A DNA stretch of 64,000 nucleotides from Podarcis vaucheri (GCA_965113315.1 OZ220363.1), one strand, 5' to 3'; positions 12,354 through 26,572 are shown, counted from the first letter of the stretch. The notes: generated by a model from the letters alone, not told the origin. Numbers and translations: made by a program.

Positions 12354-12886
12354 TTTTGGGTGGAAGGGAATCAATTGTTGGTGTTTATTTCTGTTTTCGT
12401 AATAGGACCGCAAAATACTTTAGTCTCAACTCGCTCTGTCACACTCTCACACACAAGCTGGATGGCTGAATCTCCCTAACCCTACAAAAAAATAAAACCA
12501 GACACACACACATTGGGACTGGGGATTCTATAAACATCTTAGAAATCTGCTAGAGATCCCCTTCAGATCTTCCATTCTATTGATTGCTCGGGGGGACACT
12601 GTTATGGACTATTTCATACACATCCTTGTTCTATGGGAATGGGTTTGGGCGTCATGTTTCTCCACACTGATACATAAAGCCATTTAAGCAGGTCTGGGGA
12701 ACCTTAGGCCCAAAGGTCAGGTGTGGCCCTTCAGGCCGCTCTATCCAACCCCCAGAATGGTCTGGAGGCCACACCACTCACGACTCCTGTTCCAGGCACT
12801 CCTGAAGTGCTTTTATTCTTGCATGTGTCCTTGAATTGTGACATTTGTTGGCGGGAATGTTTGTAGCAGAAGCCAACTAAGTCACC

Positions 12887-13022
12887 CAGCCTTTCTCAAA
12901 CTTGGCTTTCCAGATGTTGCTGGACTACAACTCCCACCATCCCTAGCTACCAGGATCAGTGGTCAGGGATGATGGGAGTTGTAGTCCAACAACATCTGGG
13001 GAGCCAAGTTTGAGAAAGGGTG
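12887..13022. mobile_element. Palindromic hAT (Charlie/MER5-like) MITE
   Basis: Whole element is a hairpin (ctttctcaaacttggct...ggactacaactccca / tgggagttgtagtcc...agccaagtttgagaaag); TSD AAGTCACC/AACTCACC. Confidence 0.85.
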
Positions 13023-15090
13023 AACTCACCACATGACGATGATTAAACTGGTTTAAGTCTGTGCTGATTACATATTAAGCCGAAAGCTCACACCATCTTT
13101 CATCATAGGGATATAAGTCTATAACTTAGACTGCTGAATAAAACAAGAGTTGTTCAAAATGTTTATTGTAGAAAATATGTCAAACTCTGTCATAGCAGGG
13201 TTTTGTGTGTGTGTACAGTGGAGGAAAATCTACCAAAATGTTCCAGTATTTCTGGCTTCACTCCAGAAAAAACAAACAAAAACAAAACAAGCACAACAAC
13301 TGCAACTGGTGGGTTTGATGCCATAGTTCATATTATAACTAAAATGAGTCCAGGGAATGGTGTAGGGCAGTTAAACTGAAAACTAATAAAGCTAAGCTGT
13401 CTGTCTCAGAGACTCTTCTCACGTTATCTCTGTGGTGAAGGAGCAGCTGCTACATGTTCCTTCCAGCAGCCAAATGACATCAGAAGCCACAAGTCGCATG
13501 TCAAAAGTCTACACTGCAGCTCCTTCTCACCCCTGTGATGCATCCCAATACTGCCCATGCCCACACATCACCACGCATATCCGGATGTCCACCCTGCCTC
13601 CGCTATTGTGTCCATGCTGCTGCCAGCCCCATCACCACAACTGCACTGCAAGGGTGCAGTGGTGAGGGCGCAGTGGCAGGGGTGAGGGCAACAGGGCAGT
13701 GTTGGTGGTGTGGGTGAAGACCCAGCAGGTCAGGCAGCAGCACAGTGAGGGGGGGCGTTTGGATCTGCCGCCTGAGGCAAACGGTTTCACCTCGCTTAAT
13801 GCATGGGTCACCCTTGATGATGATCATGTGGGTGGGGAAGAACCATTTTGTGAACTCTGGGACCCTGAGGAAGTTCTTACATAAGCTTCAAAGACGTCGG
13901 CCGCACACACACTCCTGTTTACTTTACATCTATTGCACTCCCTCCCGCTGGTTTTTGAATTGGCACTGCATATTAAGCTAATAATATGTACACAGCTCTA
14001 TTCTGGAAAGGCTATCCATACCACAATGTTGCATCTGAAGAAACACTCAGTGGAGAAGTTGGGTTGTAAGTGGGAGAATTCTTGAAAGTTCTGGGTAAGT
14101 TGCTCAGAGTTCCCCAAAGAAGAGCAGGATACAAGTACAATAAAGGACTCGGTAAGATAATCAATTATGAAAAATAATCTTTTTTCCTCAGAGATGATAA
14201 TTTTCTAATTATTGGTGAATATTGTCAATAATATACAGCCAGTGTGATTAGATATGAAATTTCAGAGGTTTCAGGTAATTCTTTAATTCGTTTGCTTTAC
14301 TTAATCTGCCTTGTTCTGCATATAAATCATGTTTCTTTTCCAAGTTGTTTTTCTTTACACTGGTAAGTGATCATTACAAATTTGGCAACATGATAGCTCT
14401 GGAGGATTCCCACAAGATAATAATTATGTCATTGTAACACAATTTCCTCAGATGTTCATTTTTATGTCAACATCCCTGTTTAATTGCAATGATTTTTTTA
14501 TTACAGTAACAGAAGTCCATGTGTGTGGTTTCTCTGCTTGATTACTTATTGTCTGCAGTTGCGGATTCTTTGAAATAAAACAACCGAGTGTCACATTAGT
14601 GGAGACTCATGGTTCACAAAGTGTAATGAACCTTTTCTTCCTTTTTGAAGTGTCACCTAACCCTAGAAGCCCTTGTGCAGAAATCAAGTAGCATTAACAC
14701 CATTATAGTTAATATATGGGGACAAACCTTGGTGTTCTAATATTATAATGCTTTTAAAAAGCTTTCGTGCAATTCACTAATGTCAGTTAGGAGCTAACTA
14801 CATTCTTAGGGAGTATTAAGCCTCCATCCCATCACAAACCATTAGCATTATCCCATTTACTGTGTCTGCACAGAGTCTTGCACTAAATCCAAATCATCTC
14901 AAGATAGTGAATGAATCAGCCCCCTCTGTTTCTTCAGGCTACCTGGTCAGGTGTGAGAAGGGCCTGGATACTTCCCCGAGCTGAGAGAACAATGCTGGCT
15001 ACCGGTACTTCCATTAACTGAGCTGGTGGCAGTTGATCGCCCAAAGCTGATAGGACCTGGAACAACTGGCTATTAGATTGTACAATTTAC

Positions 15091-15606
15091 TTGGAAACTA
15101 CAACTAATCCAGAATGCAGCAGCTAGACTGATGACTGGGAGCACATAACACTGGTCTTGAAAGACCTACATTGGCTCCCAATACGTTTCCGAGCACAATT
15201 CAAAGTGTTGGTGCTGACCTTTAAAGCCCTAAACAGCCTCGGTCCAATATATCTGAAAGAGCATCTCCACCTCCATCGTTCTACCCGGACACTGAGGTCC
15301 AGCTCTAAGGGCCTTCTGGCAGTTCCCTCACTGTGAGAAGCCAAGTTACAGGGAACCAGGCAGACGGCCTTCTCGGTAGTGGCACCCGCCCTGTGGAATT
15401 CCCTCCCACCAGATGTCAAAGAGAAGAACAACTACTAGACTTTTAGACAACATCTGAAGGCAGCCCTGTTTAAGGAAGCTTTTAATGTTTGAGACAGTAC
15501 TGTATTTTAATATTGTGTTGGAAGCCGCCCAGAGTGGCTGGGAAAACCCAGCCAGATGGGCGGGGTATAAATAATAAATTATTATTATTATTATTATTAT
15601 TATTAT
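15091..15606 (+). mobile_element. L2-clade LINE 3' end with (TTA)n tail
   Basis: Encodes a decayed RT C-terminus (LQLIQNAAARL..., LHWLPIRFRAQFKVLVLTFKALN, AFSVVAPALWNSLP); 3' UTR gaagccgcccagagtggctg...gggcggggtataaataataaattattatt. Confidence 0.9.
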
Positions 15607-18197
15607 GCTGGAGATTCGTTGCCTCTTAGATAGACCTGGGCTCTCTTGGTAGTGCTCCTACATAATGTTGAAGCTATAGGGTCTAGGAAATGGATTTCTC
15701 TACCTGACATTCACCTTCATCTAACAATATGTCATCCTTGTGTAACAATGTTTTTCAGGGCCTCATGCAAGGAACATGCCATAACGCCCAACCTAAAAAA
15801 TAGTCCTGAAGACATGTCACCTATTTCTCCACCAGTGTAGATTGGGGAATAGCCAGGAAACTAAGGAGCTGATGCTCAGTAAGACAGGCATAGAGACCAT
15901 TTTACAAGAAGATGTGCGCTATTCCTGAGGTCTGCCTGGGGCTCTGGAAAAAGTAAAGGCTAAGCCAGTCCTGATCCAAACAAGATTAGAGCCATTTCTG
16001 CAGCCTACAAAAGTACTGAGTCAATGTGGTCAGACTCACTCAATATGGTCACATTTTTTCCCCTACTCCTTCAGCTACGACTCCGATGCTGCAGTCTCTT
16101 TTGGAGAAGCAAGAACTTGTTGCAACAGTTGACTGCATTGTAGATTTTTTTCAAGGAGCTTCAAAGTGGGGTGAGGGGGATTCTTAAAATATTGTGGAAA
16201 AGGTAGCCCTTTCATGAAAATACTACGAAATGGAATGCTATGCCTTCAGGTTGCAACTGATCACTGCCTCCATTCAACACTTTCAAATTAGTGTCGGAAT
16301 ATAGCGTCTTCTAGTTAATACTGTTGTAACATACATTTGGCAATGGTGATTCCAGTCCCCCAGGAGGTTCTCTTGCACTCATTCCCTTACTGGCTATGTT
16401 CTCCCTCTTCTATCCTAGGCAGTATGTCTTGCTTCTGGGAATCACAAGTGGGAAGGGGGATATTAGGTTCATGTCCTGTTTCCATAGACATCTGGTTGGC
16501 TACTATGATGATTATTTAACAGTACACAATACCAAACAATTACTAACAGTACAAGTCATGTAATCAGAGAATGCCTGCATTCTGTGGACCGGTGCATAGC
16601 TTGCTATGCTCCTATTTTAGTGGTATTTTTGAAAGCCACAGTTAACGATGGCCTTGCCTTCAACCATCTCATTCCCATTGTCCCTTTCACTTTACCACAA
16701 TCTTTGGTGTGAGTCAGGCAAGCAGAATTTGACCCCCTAGTTCTAAGGCTGACATGATGAATTTCCAGGAAAGAGAATGTAGTACACATTTCTTACGCTA
16801 TTCAATCCTGGCTGAGACATAGCCAGCCATTATGACGTCCATCTCCATGTACATTCATTCCCTTACCAGTACATCCCAAACAAACAGGCTTTCTGTTAGC
16901 GTTTGTTAGCAAATGAAGGCAGAAATGTGCACACGAAAGTAAACAGAGGACCTTATGGCACAACATTTCAGTGGTATTTAAAAGATCCTAAGCATAAGGC
17001 AAACCTTATGCTACAACATGTATACAACTGGGGTTCAGATGTGCCACTTTCTGCGTGAGTCTCTCTTAACCTTACATCCCAAGGTTTGTTAATACGATGT
17101 TTTCCATAGTGGGGGGGGGGGGGGAACCTGAGCTTTTTAAAAAAGAAAAAAAAACTGAGCTCCTAAACCAGGATAATGCTAGCTCTGACAACCCAGAAAA
17201 CAACAATTTATGTGAAACCAATGCATTTAGAACCTTTCACAGTAGATATATTCTGCCTGGAGAAAGCACACATTTTGAGCAGGATGGACAATATACTGAA
17301 GGACCGAACTCTCTTTTCTTATTGGATTTCTTGCAGTTCCTGTAACTTACAGAATTCATCAACTTAAATTCATCTTTCTCAGGGTATAGAGATGGCTGGA
17401 ATGATATCGATACATCTGTCCTCAGTATTCCAAGTGTAAAGCATTATTGCTAAAGCATAACTGAGTGTGCAAACCTTTTCATGCTAATCTTTTAAACTGC
17501 GCATTATCAACACTGTAATGCTCATAAATGAATGTATACATTAGAACTCAGCCAAATGTCTTTTGGAATTTTATTTTATTTTTGCTCTGAACGTGGCAGA
17601 GCAAAAGGTGGGAAGGCAAAAGGAAATGCGGGGGAGGGGAGAAAAGTCTCACATTCTTGGGATATGATGGACTTACTAGGAAAACGACAGGACCTGACAC
17701 CATCTGCCTTGTGGGAAGGAAGATGAGAGTGAGGCAGGCAGGCAGGCAAAGAAAAGATCAGAGTCCATTCCACTTGTATTGTGCCCCCCGCTGCAAACTT
17801 TACATTGCATATCGTTGATATGCTTTGGTATTTTGAAATTGTAAGCTGCCTTTGGTGCCTTGACAGAAAGGCAGCATAATACATTAAATTTAAAGAAAAG
17901 AAGGCTTTTTAATTTTAATTTGCTTATTTCACTGCTCTACCACCCCACACAACAGCAAAACTGCAACACTAAGTGGCTGGAGGACTGCAATTTCCCTCCA
18001 CAATCCTTTCTTTGAAACAACACACTGTCATTTCCAGAAGCATTTGTGGTGGGGAGAAGGTAGAAGACTCTACTTTAGTAGAGCCATAAAGGCGGGGGGC
18101 ATTCTTGCTTGGCTCTAATTTTTACCTCCTCTTGGGGTGCTGATTGGATGGGGAAACCTCAACTATTGGTTCTGCCTACATGGAATGGGTAACATGG

Positions 18198-18507
18198 GTT
18201 CTGCCCGGACACTGAGGTCCAGCGCCGAGGGCCTTCTAGTGGTTCCCTCACTGTGAGAAGCCAAGTTACAGGGAACCAGGGAGAGGGCCTTCTCGGTAGT
18301 GGCACCCGCCCTGTGGAATGCCCTCCAACCAGATGTCAAAGAGAAGAACAACTACCAGACTTTTAGAAGACATCTGAAGGCAGCCCTGTTTAGGGAAGCT
18401 TTTAATGTTTAATAGGTTGTTGTATTTTAGTGTTTTGTTGGAAGCCGCCCAGAGTGGCTGGGGAAAAGTATAAATAATAATCATCATCATCATCATCATT
18501 ATTATTA
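18198..18507 (+). mobile_element. L2-clade LINE 3' end (same family as 15091)
   Basis: High identity to 15280-15600; (ATC)n/(ATT)n tail. Confidence 0.9.
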
Positions 18508-19810
18508 ACACAAGGTTGCCATGTGAGTTATCGTGACAGGAAAACACCTCCCCTGTACATGTGAAAAGGGCAGTCAGAACTCTGCAGTCATTTCTCTCCT
18601 GCCCCAAGGGTTAAATTCATATACCTGATTTGAAAATGGCTCCACACCAACCATGTTGGTTTGCTCTGAAACCATTTTAGGCCAGGTCAACATCACTCAT
18701 GTGCCACAGAGAATGGAAATGTGAGCAAATGAGACCAAGGAAAAAGAGCAGGGGAAAAAAGTACAAAAGTGTAACTAGACTGGAGGTAAGATGACCTAGA
18801 GAGCAAGGAACTAAAGTAGGCCAAATATGAGATAGAACAATGAGGATTATAATATGCAGCGGTTTTGCCAAAAGAAAGCTGCCACCGCAGAAAGATACAT
18901 CTGCCCACACACCCTTTATTTTTCACGTCTATTTGCTTCTAGGCAGTATAGCTTCTTGCTTTTTTACTCTTGTTGCTTCTTAGTGACAAGGATTACCATA
19001 AAAACAGAAGCTCTTCCCTCTATAATCATCCTTTTCTAACTGACTAGTGCTTTCAATAGTGCTATAATCCAGTGGCTTTTTGTATCTGAGAAATATGATA
19101 CAATATCATCATTCAGTAAGCATCACAGAGGAGAAGGCAGAAAAATATTCCAGAGTCTAATGCGGGAAGGGGAGGGTAACACATAAATAGGTGGTTTTTT
19201 AAAAGAAAGAAACATTCACTACAAGATATAAAGGATGTCACCCCTCTCTCATTGGAAGCAAAGGAGGAAACCTCCTGCAGATTTAAGTGGAACCAGGCTT
19301 GAAGCTCACAGCCTCATCTATCTTTAATACAAATTTGTTCAACGGCGGTGACATCCATTTTATCATCTGCTCAATGGCGATTGGCTGTTTTTGAACCTCT
19401 GGTCAGATTAAGAAGTTTGACAGATGGCACTTTCAATTTAAATGGATTTATATGCCATTAAAAGAAATATTTGTGCTGGCTAAGAAGAATATTGACTGTG
19501 AAAGTCACGGTACTGTAGATCATCTCCACTGAGATTTTAGTCAGTATCCTTCCAATTAGTCCGTCAATACGATGCCCTTATAAACATGATCTTTTGTTTT
19601 TTGCCTCTGTTGTAGGTATCTAGGATGTGCCTACAAAAGCAGCAGAGCTTTCTCAAAGCTCTTGCTTCTGCAAAACAGCATTTTTTACAGTTAACGTACT
19701 GCGTTATACTCGATAAATAAGCATGCACACAGTTGTACAGAAGCATATTCCTTTTACTTTTGCATGTATGTAAAATGACTCAGATTGGGCTGAATTTATT
19801 TATTTATTAA

Positions 19811-20079
19811 GGCCCCATCTGTACTATCATATATTACTTTAAATGGTCATGACTTCCCCCAAATAAATTTGGGAAGTGTAGTTGTTAGGAGACCCCCTAT
19901 TCCCCTCACAGAGCTACAGTTCTCAAGAGTTCCCTGTGAAGAGGAATTGATCCTTAAACCACTCCAGGAACTGAAGCTCTGTAAGGGGAATAGGGGCCTC
20001 CATAACACTTCCCAGCATTCTTTGCAGGAAGCCATGACTGTTTAAAGTGGTATGATCCATGTATAGTGCAGACAAGGCC
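19811..20079. mobile_element. PIF/Harbinger-like MITE
   Basis: Imperfect TIRs GGCCCCATCTGTACTAT / ATAGTGCAGACAAGGCC, flanked by TAA/TTA; internal inverted repeat cccctattcccctcacagagct / agctctgtaaggggaatagggg. Confidence 0.7.
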
Positions 20080-22403
20080 TTATTGTTTTGGTTCTTTGCT
20101 CTCGCTATGCTGACAAGTAACAACTTTTAAGGCCTAGGACTGTCCCAAAAGTATGTCATAGTTCAAGTGGGAGAACAGGTGACAAGGGAGAAACTGGGGA
20201 TTGGTTAAAATGGGAAGTATAGCAAATCAGGTACAGTGCAGACATAAGATTATCTTCCTGCAAACTGCCATTTGCACATTGATAACCAGCCAGATTCTGA
20301 ATGTGTGCTCCCCATTTCTCCTATCTACACAAACAACAACTAATGCAAGCCGTGGTTCCCTCACGAACTAGAGGTTATCATCATGGTTTTAAGTGGGTTT
20401 GAAAACCATACTTACACAGTAAGTATGCTTGAAACATTGTGTCAGGGCACATATAATGAAAAACCACAGTTATCATTAGAAAGGAAGGGAAATGAGAAAT
20501 TGAACCAGAGAGTGGAGGAACAAGGGGGACTAACTGCATTCAGGAGTACTCGATTAGAAAGTGCCCAAGTGGACCTGATCCCTGGTGAAAGCAGAGTTTG
20601 TTTCCGTGCTTAATTTATTAAATCCAGCGCCTAACACAAGCCTCACTTTTGAGAGGAATTATTGCAGTCCCATTATGAATTTAAGCCACGCTGCGGAGAT
20701 TCTTCTTTTCCAACCCCAGCTTAAATTAAAGCAGAACTGCAAAGGAACAACTGGACGTGTGCCCTAAGAGTATGCTCCCAATTCTTCCTTTGAAGTTTGA
20801 ATCATTTGGCATAATATGATGTCAGGTGACTGGCAAGTTGGCAGCCTTGTCCACTAGTCAAAAGTGGCCCAGGGAGGATGGAGAAGATTTGGATCTGGTC
20901 TGCGAGCCAAATCCAGTTCAGTATAGTCTGTAACCAGTTTATAGTCTGTTTTTAAAAGAAGAAAGGAATGATGCTAGAGATACAACTTGCAGTTTCTGGT
21001 GGGACATGGCACACCTCACAACTGTCCCATTTTAAGCGGGACACCCTGGAATCGCAGAAGCCAATCCTGTCTTGTTTGCATCCCAGAATGTCCCCATGTC
21101 ATATCCTCCATCATTCTCACCCCCAAAATAAGGGTGCAGGAGGGGCACACCTTCCAGTCCAGCACTTGTCAGCAGGGTCACGTCAGAGCACCAGACTGGA
21201 AGGTACATCCCTCCTGCTTCCTGACTGGGTGGGGGAATGACAAAAAGGTTAGAGGGTGTGACATGGAGTCTGCTTGCTGCTGTCCCGACGACTTACTGCT
21301 TTGTCGGTGGTCATTTTATTTATGACGTTTTAACTGTTTTATGATGTTTTTGTTTTGTTTTAAATTGTGGATCTGTTTGCCATCCTGGGATTCTTCGAGA
21401 GGCAGGGTGGGATATACATTCAATCCTAATAAATAAATAAACACATACACTGGGGGCAGGGGGAACTGCCAGACCCTGGAATTCAGACCTGAGGTCTAGT
21501 TGTAACTGCATTGCTGAGCTGAAAGGGAATTAAGCTGTGGTTTTTTCCTGAAGGACAGTTTATGTTTCCTCACTAAACTAGTTCCAGACAGTCCTAACCA
21601 GCAGATGGTTGGACAAGCTGGTTTGGCATATATTGTTATGCTGTTGTAGCTTGAATAAAATCAGTTTTTAAAGAGTCCCTCTAGCTCAGTTAATCCGAAT
21701 GAAGCGGAACATAACATAGGAATTGTCTTTTTCTAAGGAGGGCTAGAAATCTCTGCAAAAGAATTCTCAGGCGTCCCAAAGAAATGAAACTCCCAGGATT
21801 CCTAGGGGGAAGTAATATTAAACCTTTTTGAGTATACTGTTGTTGTATCCCTTGAAACAAGTAATGAACACACTAATTACTTTCAGAAGACGTTTAAAGC
21901 TCTTAGAAGAAGGAAATTCCAGCGCTGGAAAGCAGCCACAAAGAATACCTCTCCAAATGTTGTCTGTTCTTGGCGCATATTCTAACAATAATTACACATT
22001 AGTTATGAATAATATTAATATAAATACCTGCACTCACAACTTTCTGTAAGGTAGTTAGGCAGCTGATATTTAAACATATATTCAGTTCCATATAGTTATT
22101 TGTTGTAATGTTTTCCACATAGAAACTCAGGCTTTAGTCAGAGAAACATCATCATTGTCTGTTTGCTTTCAAAAACTAGTTTCATACTTAATGGTTTGTA
22201 TTGTGCAATCAATGTCTACAATATTTCATTTGGTAAGAAAGCAATTCTGTACCGAACAGTCTTCCTAAACAAGCACATAAATTTATTGCACTAAAAAAAA
22301 CTTCCAGTTGCTAAATGAAAGAGCAATCTACACAAAATCCCTATACAAATAAAAGGAAATGTGGTGTTACACTGTTACACATTAAATGTGACTGGTTTTT
22401 GTA

Positions 22404-22643
22404 CAGTCAAACCTCGGTTCCCGAACGCTCTGTTATCGTACGATTCGGCTTCTGTATGCCGAAAACCCGGAAGTCAATGCTTCGGTTTTCGAACATTTTT
22501 TGGAACCCAAACGTCTGACACATCTTCCACATGAGTGAAAGAAGCTCTTGCAACCAATCAGAAGCTGTGCCTCAGTTGTTGAACATTTTGGAAGTCGAAC
22601 GGTCTTCCAGAACAGATTACGTTCAACAACCAAGGTTTGACTG
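22404..22643 (+). mobile_element. Tc1/mariner MITE, family B
   Basis: TA flanks; TIRs CAGTCAAACCTCGGTT / AACCAAGGTTTGACTG; internal similarity to the 25238 copy. Confidence 0.85.
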
Positions 22644-22865
22644 TATTTGTAAAAGGCCTCGGAGAAAATTTTGGCATTATGTGATGTATAAATTAATAAA
22701 TAATAGTCATACAAAACATTTCAGAAGTCCCTCATATGTATCAACATGCCAATGTTTCCCCAGCAGCTTTGCATGTAAAAGGTAGACCGTCAGACTCAGC
22801 TCTGAGTCAAACCATACAGAAACGAAGAAAAATCCAGCTGTCCTGTTCTGTGGACTAGCTGCTAC

Positions 22866-23034
22866 CAGTGGCGTAGCGTGGGGGGTGCAGGGGGGGGCGG
22901 CCGCACCGGGCGCAACATCTGGGGGTTAGCATTAGTGGGTGCAAATCCACGGGTTAGGGGGTGCAAATCCACGGGTTAGGGGGCACAAATTACTTGCCTT
23001 GCCCCGGGTGCTGACAACCCACGCTACGCCACTG
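22866..23034 (+). mobile_element. hAT MITE with GGGTTAGGG repeats, copy 2
   Basis: Same 17-bp TIRs; perfect TSD GCTGCTAC (22858-22865, 23035-23042). Confidence 0.92.
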
Positions 23035-23049
23035 GCTGCTACACAGGGC

Positions 23050-23320
23050 TAATTCTGGTTTCCAAGTGCCATTCAAATCTCCAAGTGCATACTTTAAAAG
23101 CCCTTCATGGCTTGGGATGTGTGTACCTGAAAGAATGCTTGAACCCGTATCAATTTGTCTGTGCACCAGCTTCATCTACAAAGACTCTCCTCCAAGTTAC
23201 CCTGCCGTCTTCCGTGAAGTGGAAAATGACTGGAAAGGGAGCTTTCTCAGTTTGGCCTTGACTACAACAGGAGTCTCTTTTCTGCCCTGACTCAGCTTCT
23301 CCCTGACCTATCAAAAAGGA
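23050..23320 (+). mobile_element. Old L2-like LINE fragment
   Basis: ttcaaatctccaagtgcatactttaaaagcccttcatggcttggga...tacctgaaagaatgc resembles the FKALHGLG.YLKE segment of the younger L2 copies. Confidence 0.55.
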
Positions 23321-23330
23321 GGCTTTAGCC

Positions 23331-23456
23331 CAGGGGTTCTCAACCTGCGGGTCCCCAGATGTTGTTGGACTAAAACTCCCACCATCCCTTGCTAGCTAGG
23401 GGTGATGGGAGTTGTAGTTCAACAACATCTGGGGACCCACAGGTTGAGAAAGGCTG
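23331..23456. mobile_element. Palindromic hAT MITE (related to 12887)
   Basis: Hairpin ttctcaacctgcgggtccccagatgttgttgg / caacaacatctggggacccacaggttgagaa; TSD CTTTAGCC/CTCTAGCC. Confidence 0.85.
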
Positions 23457-25237
23457 CTCTAGCCCCTTTTGCCCTCCTCTTCTGGGGTCCCTGGCTGCAG
23501 ACAGAATTCATGTTACTCCCTAGATGAAAGTTACTTCAGATGGCGAGTTTGTAAGAAGCAGGTCTGGAGTTCAGATTCTGGCATGTCTGCATGGAAAGGA
23601 GACTCAGTTTCAATTCAATTCCTTACTGCGGAAAGGAGTCTTGTCAGAAGGAGAGCACTACCGGTTGATCCTACTGCTCGGGTCTATAAGGGATCATCCA
23701 CACTTTCATTTGACCCCCGTTGAACAGGATTCCTTGTACCTTTCCCAGAGCTGCAATCAAGGGGCAGTCCACTCTCACATCACCCCCTATCCCTCAAGGA
23801 TCTGTCCCCCTGCCCCTGACTCCCTGACTCTCTGCCATGGGAGGGCAGAGCTGAAGCTGGAGGTAACCCAGACTATTCATTGTAGGAAGAATGAACAGGA
23901 AATATTCTAGGAAGAATGAACAGGGTTACAGGGGTCTTTCCCCAAGGAAAATCTGAGGCAAAAATTACAAGTGGGAACGCCCAAATTGAAAACAGGTGAA
24001 AGAGGTGCAGACTTAAGGAGAAGTGTGGCTGGGCCCATAGTCACTTCGCTCTGAAAGTTGCCTCATTTCTTTCATCTACAAAATAATTACGGCAGCAGCA
24101 AAATGCAACAAGAATCAGCCGAAGCATGTCTCTATTCTCTTGGTGTCTGTAACTTTCCCCCAGAGGTTTGCTGGAATTTATGCATGTTCTCCCAGACACA
24201 AACATATCCCGAAGTCTCCCACTTCCTTCTGAAAGGGAGAGTAGACCCTTAAGGTTAACAAATGTGAAACTGCCTGCTAAAAGGAAGCAAAACCCTCTTA
24301 AAATAGTGTTTTAGAAGCATCATTCAGCAGGGAGCTTTTGATAGCTTGTAATAGTTCAGAAACTATTCCAAAGGGCGGAGAGGTGGGGGTGGGGGAGAGA
24401 ATGATTTGCTTTGAAACTAGAGATCGTAGTGACACACAGCTGAAGGGTACTTTTAATATTTCAGGTCCTTTACAACTGCTCCAGTTCTGGAAAAAAAATA
24501 TTTATTGAACACTCAAAGTTTTATAGGTAGTTTTAAAGCTAGGAAAAACAATTAGTGGTGAGGTTTATGCAGAGTAAAAAACCACTGGGAATGAAAGAGG
24601 GCGGGAAATGCTCAAATTTATGTTTATATCCTTCTAGGTGGCTGGAGGGAAAGCCTTTTCAAATGAATATAGACTGTTTATTCACTCTAAACAGAAATCT
24701 TAGGATTACTACCTGGGCAATAATTATTCCATCTAAGAGGTGAGTGTCAAGCTTGTAAATTTGTCATCACCTGCAGCCTTATATAACGGTCATAAGGAGT
24801 TCCAGATTGTGTCTGCTCTGGGTTACAATGCGGATTTGGAAGAAACGAGTGGGACCTGCAACCAAATGTTGTAATGCATTCTTGCCTCCTATTTGAAGAG
24901 CTCCTGTTCAGGGTTGCAGCCAGCTGGCCATGTATTCTCCTATTTTGTTCCTCTCCTTGTGGTTTTTCCACATCCATGTTTCATGGCTAAGCATGCTCTT
25001 TTGGCTTTTTGTGGTGAGCAGAGGAGGTACCCCTTTATGTTTTGAACACATTTTATTTCTACTGCAAACATGCTTATACCTCTTACTCCTCAATATCCAT
25101 TCCTGTTAGCAGCACTTACCACTCAAGTTCAGTATTAGAGGAAGTGCTTCTTACCTCTCATAGTCTCTTGTTCTCTTACTTGCTCTCTGAAAACTGCTTT
25201 GATTGAGGATTTCTTTTTCTTACAATCAAGTGGTATA

Positions 25238-25488
25238 CAGCCGTACCTTGGAAGCTGAACAGAATCCGTTCTGGAAGTCCGTTCGACTTCCAAAACTTTT
25301 GAAAACCAAATAACGGCTTCTGATTGGCTGCAGGAAGCTCCTGCAGCCAATCAGAAGCCGCAGAAGCTCCGATGGACGTTCGAGTTCCAAAAGAACATTC
25401 ACAAACCAGAACAATCACTTCTGGGTTTGCGGCGTTTGGGAGCGAAAACATCCGAGTTCCAGGGTGTTCAGGATCCAAGGTACGACTG
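25238..25488 (-). mobile_element. Tc1/mariner MITE, family B-related
   Basis: TA flanks; TIRs CAGCCGTACCTTGGA / TCCAAGGTACGACTG; internal palindrome gcttctgattggctgcagga-agc-tcctgcagccaatcagaagc. Confidence 0.85.
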
Positions 25489-25597
25489 TATGTAAGTTTT
25501 ATGAAATAAATAAATAAAACTATCCACAATTAACGTAGATGAGCCCTGATAAATCTGTAACTTTTAAAATGTTTATTCAGCTAAAACATTAATACCC

Positions 25598-25955
25598 TAA
25601 AGGTAACGGTAAAGGGACCCCTGACCATTAGGTCCAATCATGACCAACTCTGGGGTTGCGGCACTCATCTCCCTTTGTTGGTCGAGGGAGCCGGCGTACA
25701 GCTTCCGGGTCATGTGGCCAGCATGACTAAGCCACTTCTGGTGAACCAGAGCAGCGCACAGAAACGCTGTTTACCTTCCCGCCAGAGTGGTACCTATTTA
25801 TCTACTTGCACTTTGACGTACTTTCGAACTGCTAGGTTGGCAGGAGCAGGGACCGTGCAATGGGAGCTCACCCCGTCGCGGGGATTCGAACTGCTGACCT
25901 TCTGATCAGCAAGTCCTAGGCTCTGTGGTTTAACCCACAGTGCCACCCGCGTCCC
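25598..25955 (-). mobile_element. Full-length Sauria SINE
   Basis: (ACCTTT)-type tail on the minus strand (taaaggtaacggtaaaggg on +), Sauria core, and tRNA-like head (ggttcgaatccc-like B box seen as gggattcgaact on +). Confidence 0.92.
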
Positions 25956-26572
25956 ATTAATTAATTAATTAATTAACACCCTACCATACTACAAATAGAC
26001 AGGGAAACCAAAACAAGGCCTTGAATGCAAATCTTAATGGGTGGATAGGTTCCTGTGGGAGAAAGCAGTTCTTCAGGTACTCTGGCTGTACCTGAAAGGC
26101 TCAGGGCCCTTTCCAGCCTTCTCAACCACCTGCCTGTCTGCCTTTGGTTTCCTCAGAATCATTTTTCTGCTCACTCATGCCACTCCCTTCCCCTTCTGTT
26201 TAAGTTGGTCTGACTGTGGCCCAAGTCAGCCATGGAGGAACAGGCAGGGTAGTGCAGTTCCCTAGCAACCACCCTGTTCTGCTGCTTTCTTCTTCCTCAG
26301 TCTCCTGCGCTGCTGAGGCCGAAATACCACCATCAGTATGAGGACAGCAGGGCAGGACAATTGCGGAGGAGCTGCCCTGGCCTGTCCAGGCTGTTCCAGT
26401 AGGCAGCTATGCAAACTGCAGCATGTCAACATTCTTACAATTTTATTATATAGTAAGACAAAAATCCCAACAAAATGCTGTCTAAAAGCAAAAAAAAAGA
26501 GTGTCTCTCTCTCCCCCCCTGTCCCCACATCATAGATGCCCAACCTGAAGTATAAGTTCAAGTGGCAGAAGT

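Noticed and set aside
23469-23910. Endogenous viral or processed-pseudogene fragment suggested by overlapping ORFs
   Set aside because: I saw no recognisable protein motif on either strand and found stops in the minus frames I checked; unsupported without a search.
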